DNA of 53,952 bases, the filler included, from Streblomastix strix (lineage: Eukaryota), in the NCBI GenBank assembly GCA_008636045.1. It is 3 parts of 3 records of this genome, joined end to end, with 100 filler letters (N's around TTAATTAATTAA, not from the genome) between each part and the next. Parts side by side here need not be neighbours in the genome. Positions count along the whole stretch, not along the records: positions 18,033 to 35,953 come from SNRW01000659.1; positions 36,054 to 53,952 come from SNRW01000660.1; 1 more part is not named here. One strand, written 5' to 3'. Shown here piece after piece: positions 27,001 to 40,572 of this stretch (positions within the stretch are counted from its first letter, which is position 1; each line of letters begins with the position of its first letter). The translations under genes and the position numbers were made by a program. The notes below the pieces were generated by a model, which was not told the DNA's origin, did no database searches, and worked only from the letters and a program-made list of their open reading frames with translations.

Positions 27001-30000
27001 AATTCAATAAAAAAAGGTAAAGATAATTAAAATGATTAATTATTATCTTAAACTGCCCCTTCAAGTTCATCTGCAAACACGGTACTAATACTTAACTATT
27101 AAAATGCAAATAATGAATTGTTATCAGAACCAATCAAATATGTATCAGTTTCTGAAATTAAGTCAGAATAATAACTAATTGAATAAAAGTAAATAGACAG
27201 AAAATTAGCATTAGAAAAAGCTGGATTAGATTTCTAAGACAAAGAAAATGATGAAGACAATTATAAATTAGATTCAAAAAGAAGTAAATCATCAATTGGA
27301 GCATATGAAAAGAATTCTTTTGCTTCAGGTAATATGTCATCAATATTTTCAGGTAGTATGTTGCCATTAAATGCATAAAATATAATGAGTGGAACATTTA
27401 GATCATTGGCTTTATAGTAATAAACATAACCATCGGGTTTGAAATCGCAATAATCATCATAACGTAATAATAAGAAAGTTACTAATAAATTGTCATCATA
27501 ACCACCTTAAGGAACATAATAATAATAGCAAAGTAAAGTCAATGGAAAAATTCCTAGAATGCTTTCCTAAACAAGAAAACCATAATAGTAATCAGGGTAA
27601 ATGTTAGGAGGAATTGGATTGATATAAAATGAGCAATAATAATAACATCAATAATAAGGTAATTAATTATCTCTATTATCTGTTGTTAATGCAGCAAATT
27701 TAATTAATTAAATGAGAGATAAAGCAAGATCATAGAGCACAGGTCCTGTAATATAATCATAAGTATAAAATTAATAGTAAAGTTAATAGTAGTCAGCAAA
27801 TTAAAAAACTGGATTATAATCAGTTGTTGGAACAATAATGAAAAAAGGTTAAACTTCAGAAGAAGAAAATAAGTAATAACAAAATAAAAATGTAATTTAG
27901 ATATTAGCAAGAAAAAAATCATTATTTCAACAGTAGAAATCATTTGCTAAACCATAAAATACTCAATCAAAAAATGAATTAGAACAAAATGAAGAAGACA
28001 CAAACACAGATGGATAACCTCTTTTTGATCCACCTGATAAAGATGTAATTCCTGAATCAAATAAATTATGGCTATTTTAACCCATAACTGAACCGTATAA
28101 AAAAGTTATACAAGAGAAAGTGAATGAAATATTAGATCATATTGGAAAGATGCTATTTGACAAAAGGAAAGAAAAAGAAGAAACAGCTGGAGGAGATTTT
28201 GGAAATGGATTAATTGTATAAGCAAAGCATCATGAAGAAAAAGAAAAAGATAATAAATGGAAGAAGCCAAAGAGTAAATAAAAAAGAAAGAAAGAGAAAG
28301 TTGGAGAAGATAAAGATGAGAAAGAAGAAGAAAAAGATAAGAGCAAAGACAGTGAATAAGAAATAAATGAGAAAGAGAAGAATAAGAAAGATAACATAAG
28401 TACATTTTTCATCACTTCAACAGGATAGTCAGATGATTAAAATCAGTCAAGTTTATCAAGTGCGAGACATCACCAATCAAATATATCTTCATCTAGTGCA
28501 TTACAAAGTGATAATGATGATAAAGATGATAAATAAATAATAAAGTAATAAAAATCTAAACCTGAAATCAATAATACAAGCAATATTAATAATGTCTCAG
28601 TGAATAATATTAGCATATAAGGAATAAAGAGTGTTTCTGATCTTCATAAATTAATTAAAAACAAAAGTAGATTGGGGACAAATGCTTTGATTTAGATTGC
28701 TGGTATTTTATATTTTTCTTATTTATTAGCTTTTTTTTGCTTCTCCAATTCATTATATTACTATTTAACAATTTATATTCTTTACTATTTTTTCAAACAA
28801 CAAATTAAATAATTAAAGGTAAAGCTCCATTAGGAAGTCTTCGTATTCCATTATAAACACACTAAGGAAGACTGAAATCACCAACTTGGAGGCAAATGAG
28901 AGTAGATAAATAAAATGAGATATTAATGTAAAGAGAATAATAAACAGAATTAGATAAAGAAAAGTAGAGATAGTAACAGTTATTAATAGATAGAGGAATA
29001 TAAGCTGCTACATAAGGATAATAAGGAAGAGATTATAGATCTATATCATCAACTGGATAAAGTGTTTCTTCAAGTATTAATACAAATGATTGGAGAGGTG
29101 CTGTACAATCAATTGGAACAACATCAATATAAACAACTGTAGATCAGAGCTAGAATAGATCACAAATTTCCTCATAAAAAATTCCCTAAACTGCAATTTC
29201 TTTGAACACCAGAGATACTCAAGATAGAAATGTAGATTTAGAATTTGAAGACTCTTTATTTTCTGAAGGAATCTCAACAATAAAATAAAAGAAATAAGAA
29301 ATATAAAAAGAAATGGAATTGATTGCAGAAAAGTAATATCCAAATAGATCAGCATCGTGTGATCCGTATTAAGAAAAAAAGAAAAGAATGGATTAACTAA
29401 TGAAATCATCAATATATGTTTCCAATTATGAAGAATTAAAGAAATAAAGATAAGATAAGAAGAAAATAATGGAATAAGTGTATGGATATGGTTCACCTGA
29501 AATGTTATTATATTAGTAAATTGGAGATCCTACATAAAGGAGCCAATCAAGGTCTCCTTCCCCATCTCCTGAGGGGAATATATCTCCAATATCCTGGAAG
29601 TCACAGGATGTATTCTCATCTCATTTTGGCAATTAAAGCTTAAGTACAAGATATCCTCAATTGTAAAGCGAATAATAAAGAAGATCAAATCCAATAAAGT
29701 CATAAGATTCATCACACACTGGCACAACATCAAATTAATAAAGTATCATTTCATATAATAGTACAACATTTAATAAACTTAATCTTCCTCTTCCTGCTCG
29801 CAGTACTACAGGAAGTGTTGATAAACGAGTCTCTCCTACTCGTGGTAGTATTGGAGTAAATAAGGTTGATTATGTAAGAAGAAGCTTCAACTTCTAGCAA
29901 AAAGCACCAAAGTAAATACAGCCTATGAGATAATCATATAATACTACTGGGAGAACAACTTCTCCTCTAATTGACTATGATACTATAGATGTTGATGAAG

Positions 30001-30089
30001 AAATATTACGATTGAAAAGGATTTTACTTCCTTAACTAAATAATGAACCACGAAGGACTCAAAGTCCTTTGCAAAGACCAAATTCTTGA
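18041..30089 (+). CDS. Large WD40-repeat protein (WDR49/WDR64/EFCAB8-like, probably flagellar), roughly 40 introns; 5' end lost in the gap
   Basis: GHEGAITG...SSSNDGLILLWD; KHTRAVTCLIWHPQAQLLISGGADNMIHVWNPFV; RGHRAIVCAI...SRDGGVRVWDVK; VTALSIDGRQRKLYVGTVEGTVKVYKFNNGALM; FRAHKDSITSL...LTSSLDGHICIW. Acidic/Gln inserts; TGA 30087-30089. The subfamily call is from recalled motifs. Confidence 0.85.
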
Positions 30090-30296
30090 TTGTAATATTT
30101 ATATTTTTTGGTAATTTGATATAAAAATTAGTTTATAAACAAATTAATTTTTCAACATTTATGATAATAATTGTTAAATTTGATTTTTATTCTAAATTAA
30201 TAAATATATGAAGAATATAAAATAAAAAAAAATCTGTTAAAAGATATACTGAATACATATACACACTCTTAATAAAAAATTAAAACTCTATCATAT

Positions 30297-33200
30297 TCAA
30301 ACGATAAGCGACGAATGTAATTATTGAGCAATTTATGATACCTCCATGTTTCTGCAGAATGTGAGTTATAGAACAGCAGAAGAAGAAATGCTAGATATTA
30401 GTGTTGCTTTTAACTCACTTGATGAATGATTAATGAGGGTGAGCAGAAGTTGAAGTATTTTAATGTTCACTCTTTCTTACATTTTCCTCTTGAGATTAAA
30501 TGTAAGTTCTCTCACAAAACCATCAGTAATAATAAGTACATGATTTGCTGAGAATAATAAAAAAATGAATAAACTAATATTTATTTAACAATAAATGCTT
30601 ATAAATACCTTCACATTCAGCAAGGCCAGTCAACGCAGTGAGGGCAGAGCAGCTCATGTCTTAGTCTGTATTTTTTGAGTTTGTTTTCAAATGATTAATA
30701 ATAATTGAACTACATTCGTTGGGTAGTTGAGATGCTTTGAAAATAAAGGATTGAATAAGAATTGCATTATGGAAGTATTCCTTGTTAATATTATCTGGTA
30801 TTGAAATCCATTCAATTAGTTTTATAATTACTTCATCAGTCTCAATTTATTCTTTGAACTTATTTAATTCCCCGTCTTTTGCATAAGAGCTGCCTGTTTC
30901 AGCTAATTGAGCTAAAATATTCAAAATATTAGAAAATACATTTTAATCTTTACTTTAAATATGCTTCATTAATGATTTTATTATTCCTCTTGAGAATATT
31001 TCTTTGCGAAGTTCATCACGAGATTCGCAGACAATTGAATATAATGTCTCAATTTGGCTTAGAAGGAAATCTTCTTAATCTGATTCTCCAATAATTGCAA
31101 TAAGAAGATCTAAAATACCTTCAACTTCCACTATTTTGGGGAGTAGATACAAGTTTCTCTCAATAAGCATCGATATAGCTCTGCAAGTTAGTTTTGTTGA
31201 TCCTTCAATGTCTTCTTCTTCTTATTTAATTCTCTTTAATAATTTGAATGTTTCTTCCAATGATTCTTCTTTTTATAAATCACTCATTTCTGCTTCATTA
31301 TTTTAATTCATGTTCTTAATTATTTCCAAATTTTTCTTCAAATAATTTGGATATACAATCCATGAAATAAGCTCTTTTGAATTTTATCTTATAATTTTAT
31401 TTGAATGCTTTTTCAATTCTTTAATTTTATCAATTTGCATAGAATTAATAACAGCAACTTATGTTTCAGAGTTTCCATTTGCAAGTAATGTACAAAGAAG
31501 AGATGTTGCACAACAAATATTTTCTTCGTTTGAGCTGAAAGATGCATTTTAATAGAATGAAAGAAATTTATAAAACTAAATTAAAAAGAAACGAAAGTCA
31601 ATTACACAAACCTGAGGAGGTAATTAACGTCAAGTAAAATATTTTGAGAAATAATAGCAGGATGATTATCTGTTGAATTATAAAAAATGATATTGGAAAA
31701 AAATATGATATTATAATAATTATAAATAAAGTTAATGATTAAATGACCTTCACATTCAGCAATAGCAGAAAGAGAATTTAATGCTTAATTTACAAACATG
31801 TCTTCATTATCCATAATTATATCTCCAATAATTCTAATTACACTTTCTCCGATATTTTCTGGTAATACTGCTGATTTATATAAGAATCCCAGAAGGATCG
31901 ATGCCATTTTCAAAATTCCTTTATATATCTTATTATTTCCTTTCACAATTTGAGAAAGCCTCCAAATAGATCCGTTTCTTTCAAGATCTTTCTAAAATGG
32001 GTTAGTGTTCCCATCTCCAATGAAAGCCTTATGAGCATTTAAAATTCTTCCCATATTAATAGTTGCTTTGAATCTAATCTCATAGTTTTAACTGTCAAGC
32101 ATTCTACACAAAGCTCCTATTAATCCTTTTTCAAATAGCAATCTCAATTAATCTTAAAAATATATAAAATATAAAGAAAAAGAAAAATATAATAATTCAA
32201 TAAGCATAAATTAATCCTAAAAAAAATTCAAACCTTCTGATTCTGCAAATTTAAGTAACTGAATTGGCTTCAAATGTTAAACATTAACTTTATTCATTGG
32301 AATTGTGTTTAGAAATCCAACCAGTGTGTCAACAAATCCTCCCTCCTCCAATGCAAATGGCATAGCATCAAAGTTCTTATCTAGAAGAATACTAGCAAAT
32401 TCACATGCATGATTAACACACACTTCTGATTCTGAATTTCCATCCTTACCAAGTTCCAGCATTTAACATACATCCTGCAATGCTCCATTTTTTATAGCAT
32501 TTATTCTTTCTTCAATATTCTTCCTTTAATATTTCTGGATTAATTTTTTATATTTAATCATCTCATCCTTACAATTTATCCAAGAACATAGGATTTTTGC
32601 TTTTTCTGAAATATCACTATTTTCATCTTGCACAATTAATAATAAATCTTTTAACGGTAAAAAATTCTGGATTGCGCTAAGAGTATCGTTATCACCAGTT
32701 GCTGATAGTGTCACAAGAAACTGAAGTGATTTGTCTCTCATTGTCAGTTCTACTGTCTTTTTCTTACTGGAAATTAGAAGAAGAATTTATAATAGAATTT
32801 ATATATAAAAAATAGTTAATACATCAGAAACTGCGATATGTCTTTTATAAATCCACCCACAAGAATTCGGCTATGATTTTCTATATTTATAAATTAAAAT
32901 TGTGAGAAAAAAATTAAATCAAATTTACAAAGAATTTGTTAAGTAAAAAAAGGGATAAACATTGAGAAATTGCAAGTGAGCAAAGTGCTATTAATGCAGT
33001 AAGTTGATTTGAAGTACAATTTTCTTTCACTTCTATTTTGAGATGTGTAATTACATCACTCAAAGTATCTGGAAGTTGTGCACCATGAAATATCCACCCA
33101 AGTGCAACTGCTGAATTAGTTTTGGTTAATGCAGTTCTTCCCTTTACAACTCCTTCATCATTCAATACTTTCAAATATTCTTCCTCAAATGAGACTGGAA

Positions 33201-34825
33201 ATGTCTGATTAATTTTTGAGATATCGATTTTTTTCATCTCCTTCTTTATAATAATGTTGATTGTGGATGATATGCATTCACAGACAATATCTTTTTCACT
33301 TTTCAGACTCTTAGCAATTGACTGCAAAATTCCCAATTTTAGCATCTCGTGACAAAGTGAATCTGGTCCAATCAATGCAAAAAGCTCAAGTGTATTAATA
33401 TGAATATATTTAACAGCTTCAAGGCGTAGAGTTCCAATCACAATCTGAAGTTCTTTTACCACATCAATGCTCCATGCACTATTTGGAAGTATGAAGTCAG
33501 TTAATATCATACTGATTACCTCACAAACTACTTCGCTTGCCTCTTCTGTTATCTAAAATCTCTTCCCACGTGCCCAGACTAGAATTTTGGTAAGCTCATT
33601 AAAAATTTCATTGAATTTAAGGGCAACATTAGAATTGCAATTGTTCTCTGATATATCTTCTCTAAGCCAAGAAACTCGTCCAAGATGTGACCCAAACTAA
33701 GATCTGTTCTTTGAAAATTTATCCCACAGATCAATACGTGCGGCGATTTCTGGATTTTTAAGTACATCTTCTGCACTTGGTCGTTTTGCAGGGTTCTATT
33801 AAAATTACAATAAAATAATAAAAAATTATAATAAAATAATTTAAAAATAAAAAAAAAATAAAAATTAATTCAAACTTTATCTAACAATGAAAGAACCAAC
33901 TTTTATGCTGATGGGTTTTTAATGTTAACAAAATGTGCAGGAGGCTTCTCAGTTATGCTTTTGGAATACTCAATTTCGCTTAAAGTATTGAAAGGATGAT
34001 AAATTTCCCCAAGACAGAATAATATAGTTCCTAAAGCCCACATATCAACTTTTTCTGTGTAATTCAATTTTGGTATTATCTCTGGTGATAAAAATAGACG
34101 TTTTTCAGCCATTGAATTCATATAATCTTCAGAATCAAGAGCCAAAGAGATTCCTATTTCACCAATCTTCAATCTTCCCCTCTCAGAAATATAAATACTT
34201 GATGGTTTTAAGTTTCTATTTATCAAAATAAAAAATATATAAAATGTAATATAAAGAACATCAAAACCTGTGAAGTATCTTGTTTTTATGCAGAAATGCA
34301 ATGCCTGAAGCCAGTTGGGCTGCATATTCAAAGAACTCCTACAATTAATATATAAAATAATAAATTCACTCATATCCAAAAAAATATACAAAACTTCCTC
34401 GCTTATAAATTTCCGCTCTTCTTTCATTCTCTCAATATACTTCTGAAGATCTCCTTTATAGCAATACTCTGTTACTATGTTTAATTTCTTAAGTTTTGGG
34501 AAGCAACCGAAATAGCGCACAACGAACTGTAAATAATAATATTATTATAATAAAATTTAATAAATAATTTTATATACATCATTTCTCAAAGCTTCTAAGG
34601 TAATTATTTCCTTATGAGCCTTAGCAACATCAGAATCGTTTGCGTAAGGAATCTGGTTAATAATTGCACGTTTTCCAGTGAGTTTGTCGTGAAAAACAGC
34701 TTGGCTGCTAAATGAGCCTTTTCCAAGACCTTACTCCTCCACAACTTAAAAAATTAAATATCATTAATAGTCACTATTAATAATACTATAAAATAAATCT
34801 ACATACATTAATCCGCACTAAGCAT
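30297..34825 (-). CDS. NEK-like pseudokinase fused to ARM/HEAT-like repeats
   Basis: GLGKGSFS; LNIVTEYCYKGDL; ILHRNLKPSSI; LKIGEIG; FLSPEI...YTEKVDMWALG; HPF; NPAKRPSAEDVL. These are followed by three helical-repeat modules. GT-AG introns; TGA at 30297-30299. Confidence 0.85.
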
Positions 34826-35527
34826 GATGTATATACTACAAATAATATTTAATAGAATCAATAAATCAACATTCAAAAATAATATTACATTTTAAGATAA
34901 AATACTAATAAAATAATTATATTATTAGAACTATAATACAATTGATATTCACTACTTATTAATAAGTACAGAATAAAAATTATTCTATAATAAAATACAT
35001 TATTGAACGTGCATAAAAAGCTTTTTCGTATATTAAATTATTATGTGATTAATCTTGCATAAGAAACAATAAATTGTATAATATATTATTAAATTCATAA
35101 ATATTACAAATATATATAACATATTATTTACAAAAATAAATTTAGTCTTATTCCTAGCTAGATTTTCAATTTTCAAAGTGTAAAAGTTATTAAAATAATT
35201 CACATTAGAAATAAATTATTTTTGAGACTAAAATTAATATATTAAAACTAAAATAATAATTGGAATATGAATTGGTAATAGGTTTGATTGAATAAATTTA
35301 AAACTTGCTTTATCGCAGGTATATGCTTATTCAAAAAGATATTTTGTACTTTTTCTGAATATATTTTTCATTATTTCTATATAATTATATTTTACATCAA
35401 AAATTATACTTAACCAGGAAGATAATTGAGAAATAATTTTATTCGCATTCAAAACTCTTTTCTTTCTTCTTTTCAGTTCTAAAATCATAACTTACTAATT
35501 TAATCATTTGTTAATTAATTTTTAGAT

Positions 35528-35953
35528 ATGTCTGATCGAAGAAAGAGTGCAATTGAAGTCATTCGGAGGATAAACCCTACCGAACTCTTCACACAAATGC
35601 ACACTATTACAAAGCAGAGGTTGGATCAACGACACTTTGACAGCTTCCGACCTAGCACAGTGTCATGTGGTTCTCCTCATTTATTTGAACATGCACTAGG
35701 CTCTTCACTTGTACGACATGGAGATTCAACATGCCTTGGATATGTTATAGGGACACTTCGAAGTTTTGAGAGAAATGAACAATTGGAGGATCTACAAATA
35801 AGTATTAATTTCTTATTTGTATATTATAAACAACCTATTTATTCTTTTTTCAGATGTCAGGGTATTCTTCACTTCACAAGTTGAATCTCATGCAGAAATC
35901 AACAGCATCACACAAGAAGCACGTAGTTCTAAAATCTCAGATAGATTAATATA
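35528..35953 (+). CDS. RRP43: Exosome complex RNase PH-like subunit RRP43 (EXOSC8)-like, 5' part only
   Basis: IRRINPTELF...QRLDQRHFDSFRPSTVSCG...ALGSSLVRHGDSTCLGYV resembles the RRP43 N-terminus (F+.i.P.e....RpDgR....fR...+..G....A.GS.LV+.G.t). One intron ~35802-35853; cut by the gap. RRP42/45 not fully excluded. Confidence 0.75.
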
Positions 35954-36053
35954 NNNNNNNNNNNNNNNNNNNNNNNNNNNNNNNNNNNNNNNNNNNNTTA
36001 ATTAATTAANNNNNNNNNNNNNNNNNNNNNNNNNNNNNNNNNNNNNNNNNNNN
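35954..36053. other. Artificial contig linker: 44 N + TTAATTAATTAA + 44 N
   Basis: Same 100-nt structure as 17933-18032. Confidence 0.95.
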
Positions 36054-36177
36054 ATATATTTAATTTTAGATAATAATTATAATTTAATTATAATTTATCA
36101 ATATTATTTATCATTTATCATTTTTATTTTTCTTTATAATTTATCATTAAAATTTAATTTAAATTTTATTTGTTAAG

Positions 36178-36268
36178 AATCATTCAAACACCTGCATGTG
36201 ACATCTGGGCATTTGGTGTGATGATGTTTGAACTATTGGCACAACGTCACCCATTCTTTGACAATGCA
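36178..36268 (+). pseudogene. Isolated protein kinase exon (subdomain IX, NEK-like)
   Basis: After an intron-like tract ending TAAG: IIQTPACDIWAFGVMMFELLAQRHPFFDN. No downstream kinase exons are present. Confidence 0.7.
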
Positions 36269-36292
36269 GTATAAATAAATTATTGAAATCAC

Positions 36293-39200
36293 ATTATCTT
36301 TATCTGTTTTAATATAATTTTCTTTTATTTATTATGATTGATAATATGAATTTTCTTTTTCTCTATCATTTTAATTTTCTTTTTCCTTTTTTATTTAATA
36401 ATCATTTTGTTCATTTATTTCTTTTTCTCTTTCAATTCATAATAAGTATTGTCTTTTTTATTCTTGAATTTTCTCTAATTTTTTTTGTTATTCCGTATCT
36501 CTTAATTGTTTCAACTCTTATTCTTTTATTCTTAATTTTTCAATTAGTAAATTTTTCTCTTTCTGCATTTCTAATTCTCTTCTTCTGTCTATTTGTGATT
36601 CATTTAACTTTTATATTTATTTATCCTTATCTTTCTCATTTTTTTTATGGTTCACTAAATTTAAATCTAATATTTTATGGGAGTAGATTAATCTCTCTTA
36701 ATTATTTTATTAATTAAAATTATTCAATTATTAATATTATTCTTGTTATTCATTTAAATTAAATTCATCTTCATAATGTGATTTTTATCTTTTCTGATTT
36801 TATATAAATTCTTTTTCACTATATTTCTATTATCTATCGTTTTTAATAATATTATTATTTTCATTCTCAATATTAATAGCTTAATATATATTTATATTAT
36901 TACTTTAATGGGATTATTTTACTGTATAATTACTTGATCTAGATGTTTACTGTTATAAATCATTATATCTCTAAGTATCTAATTATGGTGATAAATGAAT
37001 TAAACTACTTTGTAATGATTCTTTAGGTTTAATAGGCTTAATAACATTGTCATTTTAAGTATTTTATTAATTCTAAATATTTTGTTATTCATTTATTTAT
37101 TCCTATTAAATGTCTAAATCTTTATTCCTAATTGAAGGTGGAGCTGATGAAGACAATGGAATATTTAGATCAGAATTGGAATTTGATTATTATTTTGAAT
37201 TTGATAATGAGAAATGAGAAGAATTAGTTGATTATGATTATTAAGATAGTTAAGAATAGGAAGAACTTGAATAAGATGATAATAATGATTAAGATTACTG
37301 AGTTTATGAGGAATTTGATGATAATTATTAAGGAATAATATTAATTAATTTCTACTCATTTATTGGTAATTTTCCCTCTTATTATTAAACTATTTTATTA
37401 TCTCTTATTTATTACAACTATTATTATTTATATGTATATTATTTGAATTTTGTTTAATCATCAATTTAAGATGAAGAATATGAATTAGAAGAAGGAGGAT
37501 GATAAGGAGAGGAAGATAATAATGAGGATGAAGATTATGAAATAGATTATTAAAGCTAATCTGAATTTGAAAGGGAATATATTGAAGAAGGAATTGAATC
37601 ATTTTATGTTTAATATATTGAAGTAAATGGTGAAGATAATTATAAACTGTCATTTTCACTCTTAGTTTAAATTTAAAAATTTTATTAATTATTATCAAGC
37701 AAAACTATTTCTTTTCTTTTTAATATTTAATCTTAATTCTAATTTCAATTTGTATTACTAATTGTATCTTATTTGATATTTTATTAATTATTTTTATTAT
37801 TAAATTATAATAAATTTGATTCATCCAATTGCGATCTAGCTGAAGATGGTGAAGCTTCATGAAGAAGATTTAAATATAATTATGTCTATTATTATGATAA
37901 AGATTATGAAGCCTCAGATAAAATATAAGATTCAATTTTATGTATTTAATTAATTTCTTTTTCTTTTTATTCTTTATTTTCATTCATTTTATTGTTTGAT
38001 ATAGAATGTGAATGTGAATTAGAATGTGAATGGGAATGATGATGATGAGTGTGCATATGAGATTGATTATAATTTAATGGAGTAATTGGATTTTAATCTT
38101 CAGCTACCTTTTAACCAATAAAATTATTTCGTTATTATTTTGATTATTTTTAATTTTCAAATTATTCTTTATCAATAATCTACAAAATTTGTTTGTTAGA
38201 TTAAAATAATTACTGTTGTTTGGATGGAGATGAATTATGTTGTAATAAAAGGGATGGTGGAGTTAAAATTAAATTTAATGTTTGTTTTTATTATTCTACA
38301 TTTTATTCATATTCATAATTTATTGGAGATTCCGATTAAAAAGGAACATGAGATAATATTTTTGTTGTTTGTTGTTAATTAGATTATTATTTATTTTTAG
38401 AATAAGAAGATCTTGACTTTGAAGGAGATTAAGAGTATGTTGGAGAATTTGAATTAATTTACTATAATATAGATTATTATTAATGAATTATTTCTGGAGA
38501 TAATTTATATGGAGAAGATTCCAATTAATAATTAGATATTTATTATTTATTTAATTTCTTTTTCTTTTATTCTTTTTCATTTCCTTCCTCCTTTTCTTCT
38601 TTCATTAGGATATGTTTATTCTTTTTTTCTTCTTATTCTTTCAATATTTTCTTCTTTTCACTTTAATATCCTATTCTTAAGTCATTTATATTAGAATAAT
38701 TATCCTCTATAATTTGTTTTTATCAAATATTAATTCTTTCATTTTCTTTATTAAAATAATTTGATGATTTTGGTTCTGTGGATGAAATAAGGTTTTATAA
38801 TTATTATTAATTAGATTTTGATTAATAAATAGATTATTATTATTTTTATTATTATTTTGAATGCGATTAATTATTTTACCTAATTTCATTATTATATTTA
38901 ATTGTGATTGAACCATTGGCAATTGAAGATTGAACATCGTCAATATCTATATCTGCTTGTTTAATGTATTCAACTTATCTTGCTAGTGGCGATGATTAAT
39001 ATTATGATTAGTATTATTATTTTATTTTATTTTATTTTTAATAATATTATGAATGCAATACTGATTGGTATTTATCAGATTCTTATTATTTTTATTATTA
39101 TATTTTCTATTATTTTTATTATTATTGGAATTATTTTGGTGATAATGAAGAAGAGGAAGATTCTTAAGATAGTATGGAAGATTGAGATATTATTGAACTA

Positions 39201-39802
39201 TCATTTGTTGAAGAATTAAAAGGAAATATTGGTCTTTTTATTAATAATAATCTTTAAGGAGATTCTTTATGAATAGTTCTCTTTTCTAATTCCCATACAT
39301 TATTGTTATCTTCATATTCAAATTCTTTATCTATATATTAATATTATATTCTTTTTTTAATTGGGCTTCTTATTACTCTAATTTCGTCCATATATATATC
39401 ATTTTCATTATCTTCATTTATAAAACTATCAAAATCGGTTTATATTGATTAATTTATATTTCCTGTTTAATTATAATTTTATTTAGAGTTACTATTTATA
39501 TTATTTGTTATTGGATTCTTCTTTGGTGATACATATAATATTCTATCTTATTCTGGTTCTATATAAATCTAGGTCTTTGAAGGAAGCTTTGGTGGTGGAG
39601 GTGGAGGGGGAAGATATTGTCTAGATACTATAGTTTTTGAATGTGCTTCGTTCAAAACACTCGATAAGACATTATCTTAGCTCTCCAATTCTCTAAGTGC
39701 ATCTTCAACTTAGATCTCGTAGTTTATCTATTGTATTTATCCTATATGTTCTTTAATTTATTCCAAATGTAAATTGTCATGATTAATTGATCTATGACTC
39801 AT
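36293..39802 (-). CDS. Hypothetical low-complexity Gln/Ser/Pro-rich protein with a coiled-coil-like end; 3' end not found
   Basis: Starts MSHRSINHDNLHLEQIKEHIGQIQQINYEIQVEDALRELES...YLPPPPPPKLP. Strong TAA/GAA/TCA codon periodicity on the minus strand. A possible GT donor at ~36292 runs into the kinase fragment. Confidence 0.7.
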
Positions 39803-40572
39803 CGTGAAATATTGATCTTATAAACTAAAGAATATAATAAATCACTAAGATCTCGCGCAATATATTTGAATTTTGAGTAGAAAAAATTGTAAAAATCAAT
39901 ATTATATTAAGAATAAAATTATTTAAATATATTATGGTAAGCTTGATATAAAGATTAATCTTCCATTTTTAGGAAATTTTATTTCGGATTTTATTGTGTT
40001 ATAATTTTGTTAAAAATGTAAAATAAAATAAAAATCACAAGAATAGGAAATATTTGTACAATTCTATGCATTTATATAGAGATATGGAAGCGAATGTGTT
40101 ATTTAATATTTTACACTTCCTTATGAAGATATTTTTTATTTTTGCATTGTTATTCGTGTGTCAAAGTTTGTTAAATAATATAATGTATATTATACGAGAA
40201 AAAATAGGTGATCTCTGTTCTGCAAAACACTAAATCAAGTATCCCAAAAATTGGGAGATAAAAAGTTAATCAAGTCTCATATCTAGTGTATAATTAAATT
40301 AATATCTTATAAATATAATTTTAAATATTTATTTATAGTTTTTAGCAAATAAATGCTCGATAATGTTGATATAATTAAATTTCCCTTAAAAGGGCTACTC
40401 AGGCTAATTTTTTGTATATAATTAACTCAAATATGCACATAAATCATATTACAAAGCATAAATAAAATATAAATCTCATTCAAAACAAAATTATTGATAT
40501 TTTCCATCACTTTATTATTGCCTTATTGAAACGCAGATTGCAGTACACTGAATACAAAACACTTGGGAAAAA

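Noticed and set aside
27158..29733. Multiple Leu/Phe/Ile-rich 'membrane protein' ORFs in the supplied track (also 36334-36717, 38980-39219, 41534-41746)
   Set aside because: Antisense or off-frame shadows of A-rich Gln/Glu/Lys coding sequence.
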